From a virus (taxonomy: Duplodnaviria; Caudoviricetes): DNA of 30,465 nt. Positions 8,818 to 16,380 of this stretch are shown in pieces. Location: IMG/VR virus record IMGVR_UViG_3300048029_000034, positions 1 to 30,465 of that record. One strand, written 5' to 3'. How positions within the stretch are numbered: position 1 is the first letter of the stretch; every line of letters starts with the position of its first letter. The notes under the pieces are model-generated. The model had not been told where the DNA came from. It made no database searches and saw only the letters and a program-made list of their open reading frames with translations. The position numbers and the translations under genes are program-made.

Positions 8818-9284
8818 ATAAAGAAACTAAAACTGAAAAAAGGGCACCTAGAGCTGAAGAATCTAGGGAAACAAAAAAGGCTAAGACTCCTTGGAAGCCG
8901 CCTTCCATGTTAGAGGTTCCTAGTGATCCTCCAGCTGGTACGGTCTACCGATGGATAAGAGCCGAGACGTTAGGTCAAGAAGACCGAACTAATGTTTCCA
9001 AAAGATTCCGAGAGGGCTGGGAGCCAGTGAAACCAGAAGAAGTTCCTGGTTACGATTATCCAACCGTCGATGATGGTCGTCACGCGGGCGTCATTGGAGT
9101 GGGTGGTTTGATACTCTGCAAAATAGACAAAGAAATTGTCGAACAAAGATCTGAGTATTTTAGTCAAGCCACACAAAATCAAATGACGGCAGTGGACAAT
9201 GACCTTATGCGTGAAGAAAACCCTGCAATGCCTATCTCTAGGGAAAGGAAAAGCAAGGTTACATTTGGTGGAGGGGGTAAATAA
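8814..9284 (+). CDS. Conserved head-module hypothetical protein
   Basis: GTG start overlapping the previous stop (GTGA); YRWIR, EGWEPV and GGLILCKI motifs. Confidence 0.8.
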   Translation: MNKETKTEKRAPRAEESRETKKAKTPWKPPSMLEVPSDPPAGTVYRWIRAETLGQEDRTNVSKRFREGWEPVKPEEVPGYDYPTVDDGRHAGVIGVGGLILCKIDKEIVEQRSEYFSQATQNQMTAVDNDLMREENPAMPISRERKSKVTFGGGGK

Positions 9285-9300
9285 CTTCCTCTGATTTATT
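9271..9300 (+). terminator. Hairpin across the stop codon; weak terminator or mRNA-processing stem
   Basis: gagggggt (9271-9278) pairs with acttcctc (9284-9291) using two G-U pairs; followed by tgatttatt. Confidence 0.35.
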
Positions 9301-9329
9301 AATAGTTTGGAATTTAAAGTCGAAAAAAC

Positions 9330-9917
9330 ATGGCAAACGAAACTACTAAAATGGGATTAATCCCTGTTAGAAAAGTCGGTGGACAATCATGGACTGGCGG
9401 CCAACAAAAATACAGAATCGCGAGTGGCGCGACTACTGCTATTTTCCAAGGTGATTTGGTAACTCAACTTACTGCGGGAACTATTGGTAGGCATGCTGCC
9501 TCTGGTACTGTACCAATTGTTGGAGTCTTCAATGGCTGTTCATACACTGACCCTACTAGTGGTGAAACAGTATTTAGTAACAGTTACCCCGGCAGCATTG
9601 CTGCTAGTGATATTGTTGCTAATGTTATCGATGACCCAATGGTTCAATTTTCTATTCAATCAGACGAGGCTTTCCCCGTAACTGATTTGTTTGGTAACTT
9701 TGATATCGTTGATTCATCTCCTGTCGGCGACACAAAAACTGGAACTTCTAATATGCAATTAGATACTTCAACTGGTGCTACTACAGCAACTTTACCTTTG
9801 AAGGCTATTGACATTTCACAAGATCCAGAAAATTCCGACGTAGCTAGCGCAGGCACAAACGTAGTAGTGGTTATTCAAAACCACATTATGGGTGCTAAAA
9901 GCGCTGGATTAGCGTAG
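9330..9917 (+). CDS. Capsid decoration/minor capsid protein
   Basis: G/T/S/V-rich beta protein with IFQGDLV and VGVFNGCSY motifs, immediately before the MCP. Confidence 0.7.
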   Translation: MANETTKMGLIPVRKVGGQSWTGGQQKYRIASGATTAIFQGDLVTQLTAGTIGRHAASGTVPIVGVFNGCSYTDPTSGETVFSNSYPGSIAASDIVANVIDDPMVQFSIQSDEAFPVTDLFGNFDIVDSSPVGDTKTGTSNMQLDTSTGATTATLPLKAIDISQDPENSDVASAGTNVVVVIQNHIMGAKSAGLA

Positions 9918-9927
9918 AGGTTTAATA

Positions 9928-10836
9928 ATGGCAATTTCTAGAGCACAATTAGCGAAAGAATTAGAACCAGGATTAAACGCCCTTTTCGGTTTAGAGTACA
10001 ACAGGTACGAAAACGAGCACGCTGAAATCTTTGATACTGAATCTTCTGACAGAGCGTTTGAAGAAGAAGTATTACTAGTAGGTTTCGGAAATGCTCCAAC
10101 TAAAGCTGAAGGGCAAGGCGTAAATTTTGATACAGCAATGGAGTCATACACTGCTCGATACTCTCACGAAACAATTGCATTAGCATTTGCTTTGACTGAA
10201 GAAGCTATCGAAGATAATTTGTATGACAAACTTGGCGCGAGATATACTAAAGCATTAGCTAGAAGTATGGCTCACACTAAGCAAGTTAAAGCTGCTTCTG
10301 TATTAAACAACGCTTTTAACTCAAGCTTTACTGGTGGTGATGGGAAGGAGCTTTGTGCTACTGATCACCCATTAGCAAGCGGCGGAACTTTTGCAAACGA
10401 ACCTAGCACTGATGCTGATTTGAACGAAACTTCATTAGAAGCGGCGTTGATCGATATTGCTAACTTTAAAGATGACCGAGACATGATCTTGGCTCTTCAA
10501 GGTATGAAATTAATCGTTCCTACAAATCTACAGTTCGTTGCTGATAGACTGTTACAAACACCTGGTAGAGTAAGTACTGCTGATAACGATATTAATGCTA
10601 TTAGAAACATGGGAATGTTACCTGATGGCTATGTTGTAAATCACTTCTTGACAGATACAGATGCGTTCTTCCTCAAAACTGATTGCCCAGATGGGTTTAA
10701 ACATTTTGAAAGAACTCCTTTGTCAACTGCAATGGAAGGTGATTTTGATACTGGTAATATGCGTTTCAAGGCTAGAGAAAGATATTCATTTGGTTTCTCT
10801 AACCCAAGAGCAGTTTACGGATCTAAAGGAGCTTAA
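9928..10836 (+). CDS. Major capsid protein (HK97 fold, Mu gpT-like)
   Basis: MAISRAQLAKELEPGLNALFG N-terminus, DGKELCATDHP, KLIVP..L, FKARERYSFG C-terminus; GAGG RBS; followed by a strong terminator. Confidence 0.93.
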   Translation: MAISRAQLAKELEPGLNALFGLEYNRYENEHAEIFDTESSDRAFEEEVLLVGFGNAPTKAEGQGVNFDTAMESYTARYSHETIALAFALTEEAIEDNLYDKLGARYTKALARSMAHTKQVKAASVLNNAFNSSFTGGDGKELCATDHPLASGGTFANEPSTDADLNETSLEAALIDIANFKDDRDMILALQGMKLIVPTNLQFVADRLLQTPGRVSTADNDINAIRNMGMLPDGYVVNHFLTDTDAFFLKTDCPDGFKHFERTPLSTAMEGDFDTGNMRFKARERYSFGFSNPRAVYGSKGA

Positions 10837-10891
10837 TCTTAGTACTGATTTATAAGAAGTAAATCCCACTTTTTAACTCAAGGGATAAAAG

Positions 10892-10919
10892 AAAGGCATC
10901 GACGGATGCCTTTTTTTTT
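10892..10919 (+). terminator. Rho-independent terminator after the capsid gene
   Basis: aaaggcatc-gacg-gatgccttt stem with a 9-T run; the upstream A-run makes it potentially bidirectional. Confidence 0.92.
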
Positions 10920-10930
10920 GAGAGAAAAAT

Positions 10931-10939
10931 TGCTATCCT
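10931..10939 (+). promoter_or_regulatory. Putative extended -10 promoter (TG-c-TATCCT)
   Basis: Directly after the terminator; predicted +1 near 10946, the first base of the structured element. Confidence 0.5.
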
Positions 10940-10945
10940 ATGACA

Positions 10946-11010
10946 ACTAGGATTAATTTTCCGTTACTGACTGACCTAGCAGACTCGCCAAGACAGTAAC
11001 ACTACGGAGG
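10946..11010 (+). ncRNA. Structured pseudoknot RNA element, candidate Mu-gpT-DE-type motif
   Basis: ctagg 10947-51 pairs with cctag 10975-79; gttactg 10963-69 pairs with cagtaac 10994-11000 (the two stems cross); tccg 10960-63 can pair with cgga 11005-08 in the RBS. It lies downstream of a gpT-like capsid gene; the family assignment rests on position only. Confidence 0.6.
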
Positions 11011-11016
11011 TAAAAA

Positions 11017-11499
11017 ATGGCAAACACAACTTTTAACGGTCCAGTTAGATCTGAGAATGGTTTTAAAACTATTATTAAAGATGGCACAACTGGTGGATTA
11101 ACTAATGAAATGACCCTTTCAACTTACAGCACTTCTATTACTATTGCTGCTTCTGGAACTGACCACAAAGAAAGTTCTATTGGAATACCATCAAACTTTA
11201 TTCCAATGGGTGTAGCAATTACTGTAACTAGTGCCGCTGCTAACAACGTAAACTTAGTAGATATTGGTACTGATGCAGATACTGATGGTTTTGTAGATGG
11301 TATCTCCATAGCTATTAACGCAACTGGTTTCAAAGGATTCTTCCCTTGCAACGGAGTTTTAGGTATGTCTGGTGGTACTACAACTGCAGCTACTGAAACA
11401 GCTGATGAAGTAGAAGTAGTTATTTCTGGAACAGCAGGTGCTGGTGGAGTAATCGCATTAAAATTCTTTGGAATCGCGTCTGACTCACCAACTGCATAA
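11017..11499 (+). CDS. Virion structural protein (head fibre/decoration-like)
   Basis: GGAGG RBS; MANTTFNGPVRSENGF N-terminus; beta-rich T/G/A composition. Confidence 0.75.
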   Translation: MANTTFNGPVRSENGFKTIIKDGTTGGLTNEMTLSTYSTSITIAASGTDHKESSIGIPSNFIPMGVAITVTSAAANNVNLVDIGTDADTDGFVDGISIAINATGFKGFFPCNGVLGMSGGTTTAATETADEVEVVISGTAGAGGVIALKFFGIASDSPTA

Positions 11500-11511
11500 T
11501 AGGAGCTAACT

Positions 11512-11787
11512 ATGGCAACTTCTGATGTTATAACAGCTTCTGTAACTTCAACTGGCGACATGACCACTAATCGTTCAAGACTTCGCGGTTTTGTAGTTTC
11601 AGGTGGATCTTCAGATGGCACAGTTACTTTTAAAAATACTAGTTCAGGGGCAACACTATTGGTGTTGCCTGTAAATGCTGATACTACAGAAACACTAAAT
11701 ATTCCAGATAATGGTGTATTGTTTTCTAGTGGCATACATGCAACTTTATCTAACATAGATAGAGTAACTATATTCTTTACAGGTTAA
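11512..11787 (+). CDS. Small beta-rich structural protein
   Basis: AGGAG RBS; IPDNGVLFSSGIH motif. Confidence 0.75.
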   Translation: MATSDVITASVTSTGDMTTNRSRLRGFVVSGGSSDGTVTFKNTSSGATLLVLPVNADTTETLNIPDNGVLFSSGIHATLSNIDRVTIFFTG

Positions 11788-11800
11788 TAAGGAGCATTAA

Positions 11801-11956
11801 ATGGTTTATAAAAAAACTAAAGGCTATGGCAAAGGTGGCATGGCTAAAAAAACTAAAGGCTATCGTAGCGGCGGTATGATGAAAAAGACCAAAGGCTACA
11901 GAGCTGGTGGTAAAGCAACTAAAGGTTACAGTAGAGGCGGCGCTGCTAAAAAATAA
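11801..11956 (+). CDS. 51-aa basic repeat peptide (TKGYxxGG x4), absent from the ORF track
   Basis: TAAGGAG RBS; translation MVYKKTKGYGKGGMAKKTKGYRSGGMMKKTKGYRAGGKATKGYSRGGAAKK; repeats keep amino acids while codons vary. Confidence 0.88.
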   Translation: MVYKKTKGYGKGGMAKKTKGYRSGGMMKKTKGYRAGGKATKGYSRGGAAKK

Positions 11957-11979
11957 ATAAAAAGACGATTGAGGTATAA

Positions 11980-12660
11980 ATGCCATATTTGATGAGCAAT
12001 GTCCCATACTTTAAATGTTGGGTTAGAAGAGAGTTCACATGTAATCATTTACGCTATCATGGAGAGTATTTACATGCGCTAGCAATAGCTGTAAATACAA
12101 TCCCTGATAGATCGTTAAGCTTTCAAGTTGTCTTTACCGGGTGCGAGATAGATGACGAGGATTGGAAAGAAGGTAATATTCATGGTGGTGCTATGTGGGC
12201 AAGAATGCCTATTCAAGCATTAGTCGCTGATATACCTTTAGATGAATGGCCAGAACCTATGGAAGATCATTTGTGTCAACCATGGGATTGTGAGTCTAGA
12301 CATCATTCAATCATAGCTATGGATAGAGTAAGTTCTTCGCCGTGGATGTGTAAGATCGATAATAAATTTTATCAAGGTAAATATTTATTCACTGTAGATT
12401 ATACAGACCATGAGATAGCAGATGATCCTGCTCAACATAAGCAATCACATGTGATATATTTAACAGACGCTGGAAAGTGGACTGGTAATATAGTTGCGCT
12501 TCCTAACAATAGAGTTAGAGCAACTAGCCCAGCTTTGTGGAGAACTGGCGAAGGAGCACCTGATTTTACTCCTTCACAGCATCTACATTCTGCTGAAGGT
12601 CATGAAAGTTATTTAGATCCTAGGATAACTTTTAATAATTTATATAGTGATGAGGATTAA
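11980..12660 (+). CDS. Conserved phage protein of unknown function (His/Cys/Trp-rich, globular)
   Basis: GAGGT RBS; motifs GGAMWARMPI, QPWDC, YLFTVDY, QHKQSH, PNNRVR. Confidence 0.82.
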   Translation: MPYLMSNVPYFKCWVRREFTCNHLRYHGEYLHALAIAVNTIPDRSLSFQVVFTGCEIDDEDWKEGNIHGGAMWARMPIQALVADIPLDEWPEPMEDHLCQPWDCESRHHSIIAMDRVSSSPWMCKIDNKFYQGKYLFTVDYTDHEIADDPAQHKQSHVIYLTDAGKWTGNIVALPNNRVRATSPALWRTGEGAPDFTPSQHLHSAEGHESYLDPRITFNNLYSDED

Positions 12661-12662
12661 AC

Positions 12663-13328
12663 ATGGCAACATCAAACAGTACAGACTTTGAACCAAATGT
12701 CGCAGAGTTTATTGAAGAAGCTTATGAAAGATGTGGGTTAGAGTTAAGAACTGGATATGATTTAAAATCAGCAAGAAGATCTATTAATCTTATGTTAGCT
12801 GAGTGGGCCAACAGAGGATTGAATCAATGGACAATATCTGAGGCTACACAAACAGTTACTGAAGGAACTAGAGAATATACTTTAGATTCTAATGTCATAG
12901 ATATTTTAGATGTGGTGTTAAGAAGAACTGAAGGTTCAACTACTACTGATACACAAATGTCTAGAGTAAGTAGAAGTGAATACATAAACATTCCAACCAA
13001 AGGAACCAAAGCTAGACCTAATCAATATTTTTTAGATAAACAAAACACGCCAGTTTTAAAAATATGGCCAGCCCCGGAAAACTCTACAGACATTTTAGTA
13101 TTTAATAAAATGGTAAGAATGGATGATGCTGATAAAGCAACCAATACTGTAGATTTACCATTTAGATTTTATCCTTGTTTTGTTGCTGGCTTGGCGTATT
13201 ACTTATCTATGAAAAGAAATCCACAATTAACAGAACAATTAAAAATAATATACGAAGAAGAATTTAGAAGAGCTGCTGATGAAGATGGAGATCGAGCTTC
13301 TTTTAGAATCAATCCTTCACAAAGTTAG
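12663..13328 (+). CDS. Head-tail adaptor (P22 gp4/T7 gp11-like)
   Basis: N-terminal helices (IEEAYERCG, ARRSINLMLAEW), central beta region (GTREYTL, IWPAPE), C-terminal GLAYYLS helix. Confidence 0.72.
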   Translation: MATSNSTDFEPNVAEFIEEAYERCGLELRTGYDLKSARRSINLMLAEWANRGLNQWTISEATQTVTEGTREYTLDSNVIDILDVVLRRTEGSTTTDTQMSRVSRSEYINIPTKGTKARPNQYFLDKQNTPVLKIWPAPENSTDILVFNKMVRMDDADKATNTVDLPFRFYPCFVAGLAYYLSMKRNPQLTEQLKIIYEEEFRRAADEDGDRASFRINPSQS

Positions 13329-13330
13329 TA

Positions 13331-14152
13331 ATGGCTTACGCAAAAGGCAAACAAGCATACGGAATATGCGACATATCTGGGTTTAGATATAAGCTAAAAG
13401 ATATGAAAAGAACTTGGGACGGTTTGTTAGTAGGTCCTGATCAATGGGATGCAAAACACCCACAATTAGAACCAAGAACTCATGCAGCTGACCCAGAAGC
13501 TTTATTCAATCCTAGACCAGATAAAGCAGAAGATGGTGGCACTGGTTTTGTTGTTGTGACTTCGCCAAGCATAACAAAAAACTTTTCTATGTTGTCTAGT
13601 ACTATTCCTAGCAAATTTGAATTAGCTAAATTATCTGGCAACCTAGGGGATATTAGTGTCCTTGAAAATAGTAGGCCGCCAATATCTGTAGACTTGTCTG
13701 GAGTATCTGCAACTAGTTCTTTAGGAACAACAACCGTTACGGGTAACATAAGCACAACTGTTGACGTAACTAGTTCACAATTACTTGGATTAACTGGATC
13801 AATAACTGTTACTTCAAACTTTACAGAATACGAAGTTAGGGTAGCTTCTTTTGGAGGCGGTAATAGATACTTTATAGATAGTGTTGTCTATCCTACATTA
13901 AATTTATCTGAGGGCAGTACTTATAGATTTGATCAATCTGATTCATCTAATTCTGGGCACCCATTAAGATTTTCTACTACTGCCAATGGTACACATGGCG
14001 GAGGCACAGAATATACAACAGGAGTTACCACTAACGGAACACCTGGAAGTTCGGGTGCTTATACACAAATAACTGTAGCAGTAGGAGCTCCAACACTTTA
14101 TTATTACTGTACTAATCATTCTGGCATGGGAGGTCAAGCAAACACTCCTTAG
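13331..14152 (+). CDS. Structural protein: CDISGFRY N-domain, beta repeats and C-terminal cupredoxin-like domain
   Basis: N-terminal CDISGFRY...KHPQL; middle ATSSLGTTTV-type repeats; C-terminal TYRFDQSD..GHPLRF...LYYYCTNHSGMGG. Confidence 0.78.
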   Translation: MAYAKGKQAYGICDISGFRYKLKDMKRTWDGLLVGPDQWDAKHPQLEPRTHAADPEALFNPRPDKAEDGGTGFVVVTSPSITKNFSMLSSTIPSKFELAKLSGNLGDISVLENSRPPISVDLSGVSATSSLGTTTVTGNISTTVDVTSSQLLGLTGSITVTSNFTEYEVRVASFGGGNRYFIDSVVYPTLNLSEGSTYRFDQSDSSNSGHPLRFSTTANGTHGGGTEYTTGVTTNGTPGSSGAYTQITVAVGAPTLYYYCTNHSGMGGQANTP

Positions 14153-14154
14153 TT

Positions 14155-14163
14155 TGATATAAT
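14155..14163 (+). promoter_or_regulatory. Consensus extended -10 promoter (TG-a-TATAAT), leaderless geometry
   Basis: Perfect TGnTATAAT with 6 nt between it and the ATG at 14170; no Shine-Dalgarno present. Confidence 0.62.
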
Positions 14164-14169
14164 TTAATT

Positions 14170-14850
14170 ATGACTTATACACAGCTACAAGATTTAATTA
14201 AAAACTTTTGTGATAGCACAGAAACTACTTTTGTTAATACTATTGCAGACTTTATTAAAAATTCAGAAGAAAGAATATTTCAACTAGTAGAATTTGATTT
14301 TTTTAGAAAGAATGTAACTGGAGTATTTACTGCTGGAAATAGATTTTTAACAACACCTTCAGATTATATAGCCAGTTTTTCTCTAGCAGTATTGGATTCT
14401 GGCGGGGATTATCATTACCTTTTAAAAAAACATCCTACATTTATGCAAGAATATTCAGAAGATCCAGCTGATACTAACTTGAGAGGATTGCCTTTGTACT
14501 ACGCTGATTTTGATAAAGAACTTTCTACAGCATCTAACAATGGATCTACCATAACAGTAAGTCCAGCACCAGATGCAAACTACAATGCAGAACTTCATTA
14601 TCTTTACAAACCAGCTTCTTTAACTTCTGGTTCTGGTAGCGGTACTACTTGGCTATCAACAAATGCAAGAAGCGCTTTGCTATACGGTTCTTTAGTTGAG
14701 GCTTATACTTTTTTAAAAGGAGAACCAGACATATTAGCTCAATACGAAAAAAGATTTATGGAAGAAATAGCAAGACTTAAAAATAGAGCAGAGGGCAGAA
14801 GTAGAAGAGATGAATATAGGGCTGACGCACTAAGAACAAATGTAACTTAA
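14170..14850 (+). CDS. Second adaptor/neck-type structural protein
   Basis: MTYTQLQDLI, FIKNSEERI, SPAPDANY, TWLSTNA..ALLYGSLVEA; same helix-beta-helix layout as 12663..13328. Confidence 0.72.
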   Translation: MTYTQLQDLIKNFCDSTETTFVNTIADFIKNSEERIFQLVEFDFFRKNVTGVFTAGNRFLTTPSDYIASFSLAVLDSGGDYHYLLKKHPTFMQEYSEDPADTNLRGLPLYYADFDKELSTASNNGSTITVSPAPDANYNAELHYLYKPASLTSGSGSGTTWLSTNARSALLYGSLVEAYTFLKGEPDILAQYEKRFMEEIARLKNRAEGRSRRDEYRADALRTNVT

Positions 14851-14860
14851 AGAGAAAAAA

Positions 14861-15628
14861 ATGGAGAAGATTCAAGAACTTCAAGGTAAAAAAATAGCTT
14901 TAGTTGGCTTAGGTAAAAGTTGGTTTGACTTTGCATTAGCTAGATCTAACGGTGAGCAGTTTGATGAAATATGGGTAATCAATGCTGTAGCCAATGTAAT
15001 TAAACACGATAGAGTTTTTATGATGGACCCAGCTTCTAGGTTTTTAGATAGCGATGATGCTGGGTTACAAACCAACGGCATGAAAGAAGTTTTGTTAAGT
15101 CATCAAGGCCCTATCTACACATGTGAATTAGATGATCGTTGCCCAGGATTAGTTGAATACCCAATCGAAAAAATAGTGGCAGAAAATAATTCTTTTTATT
15201 TAAACAACACAGTTGCCTATGCAATAGCTTTTGCTTATTGGCACAGAGTTGGTTCTTTGCATTTATTTGGTATAGATTTTGGTTACAAAGGTAATTTATA
15301 TTTTGCCGAAGCTGGTCGAGCTTGTTGTGAATATTGGTTAACTAATTGTATGAATGTTGGTATAGAAGTAGGAGTAGCGGCCTCTAGTTATTTACTAGAT
15401 ACAGCAGTAGAGCCAGAAGAAAAACTTTATGGCTATCATAGACTGGAAGATCCTTTAATAGTTGATTATGATTCTGAAAAACAACAATTAAAAGTAAGAA
15501 AAAAAAGTGCTAGAAAAGAAAAACAATACACGCCTCAGCCAACCTTTGTTGGTAGAGAAGATGATAAAGCAGAGATACAATTAAAAGAAATCATAGAAGA
15601 AAGTCACAACGAACCAAAAAAATGGTAA
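14861..15628 (+). CDS. CstII/Maf (DUF115)-like glycosyltransferase-fold protein
   Basis: IALVGLGKS (cf. iiGnGPS), EIWVIN, and NTVAYAIAFAYWHRVGSLHLFGIDF (cf. CstII TSGVYMCAVAIALGYKEIYLSGIDF). Confidence 0.62.
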   Translation: MEKIQELQGKKIALVGLGKSWFDFALARSNGEQFDEIWVINAVANVIKHDRVFMMDPASRFLDSDDAGLQTNGMKEVLLSHQGPIYTCELDDRCPGLVEYPIEKIVAENNSFYLNNTVAYAIAFAYWHRVGSLHLFGIDFGYKGNLYFAEAGRACCEYWLTNCMNVGIEVGVAASSYLLDTAVEPEEKLYGYHRLEDPLIVDYDSEKQQLKVRKKSARKEKQYTPQPTFVGREDDKAEIQLKEIIEESHNEPKKW

Positions 15629-15921
15629 TGAAAATAACTCCAGACGGAATGCCTCAGTTAGGCGTAGTAGAAACAAAGACATCAAATTTTGGTGGGCATC
15701 CTCCAGAATTTTGGGCAGAAAGATTAACTGAAAAAATAGTTGGTTACTCTGAAGATAACGAACCGCATGTTACAGAACAAGCAAAAGCTTATAGAGAACA
15801 AATAAAACAAGTTTGTTTAATTTATATAGAAAATGCTATAAAATCTTACAAAGCTACCTTGATTCAAGAATTGAGTAAAGGTGGTGAAGAAGAACTAGCT
15901 AAAATTGTTTTAAAACTTTAG
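15622..15921 (+). CDS. Hypothetical protein
   Basis: Overlaps the previous stop; GGHPPEFWAE motif; the start may instead be the ATG at 15628. Confidence 0.72.
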   Translation: MVMKITPDGMPQLGVVETKTSNFGGHPPEFWAERLTEKIVGYSEDNEPHVTEQAKAYREQIKQVCLIYIENAIKSYKATLIQELSKGGEEELAKIVLKL

Positions 15922-15942
15922 CTATTTTATGAGGAAAAAAAC

Positions 15943-16371
15943 ATGGCAATAACTTCAACTTTAACTACTAGTTTTAAAAAAGAACTATTAACTGGTGTTC
16001 ACAATTTTACTAACAGTTCTGGTGATACTTTTAAACTAGCTTTATATACAAGCTCTGCTACTTTAGGCGCAACTACAACTGCATTTTCAACTTCACAAGA
16101 AGCCAGTGGTACTAACTATACTTCTGGAGGAGCCAACCTAACAAATGTAACTCCGACTAACGACGGAACTACAGCGATAACTGATTTTGCTGATCTTACT
16201 TTTAGTACGGCTACTGTTACTGCTAGAGGTTGCATGATCTATAACAGTTCTGATTCTAATAAGTCAGTGGCTACTATAGATTTTGGTGGAGATAAAACTT
16301 CTACTGCTGGAGATTTCACAATAGTTTTCCCAGCGGCAGCAGCTAGTACGGCTATTATAAGAATAGCTTAG
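15943..16371 (+). CDS. Tail-associated structural protein
   Basis: GAGGA RBS; SFKKELL, FKLALYTS, YTSGG, IDFGGDKTS; T/S/A-rich. Confidence 0.78.
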   Translation: MAITSTLTTSFKKELLTGVHNFTNSSGDTFKLALYTSSATLGATTTAFSTSQEASGTNYTSGGANLTNVTPTNDGTTAITDFADLTFSTATVTARGCMIYNSSDSNKSVATIDFGGDKTSTAGDFTIVFPAAAASTAIIRIA

Positions 16372-16380
16372 GAGGAGAGC

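Noticed and set aside
10661-10855. Alternative-frame ORF over the capsid end as a frameshifted capsid extension
   Set aside because: It extends only about 6 codons past the stop, no convincing slippery site was seen, and a terminator follows.
10961-11000. Hammerhead ribozyme (ctga motifs)
   Set aside because: No CUGAnGA plus GAAA core in the right arrangement.
11124-11756. 210-aa minus-strand ORF, and the other minus-strand ORFs in the track
   Set aside because: They are antisense shadows of well-supported + strand genes, with no recognisable motifs; this is expected from codon bias.
11801-11956. CRISPR-like array
   Set aside because: Repeats are in-frame, degenerate at synonymous positions and have no unique spacers.
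11777-12007. 76-aa hydrophobic minus-strand ORF
   Set aside because: It is the reverse complement of the Lys-rich repeat gene 11801..11956, which has a strong RBS.
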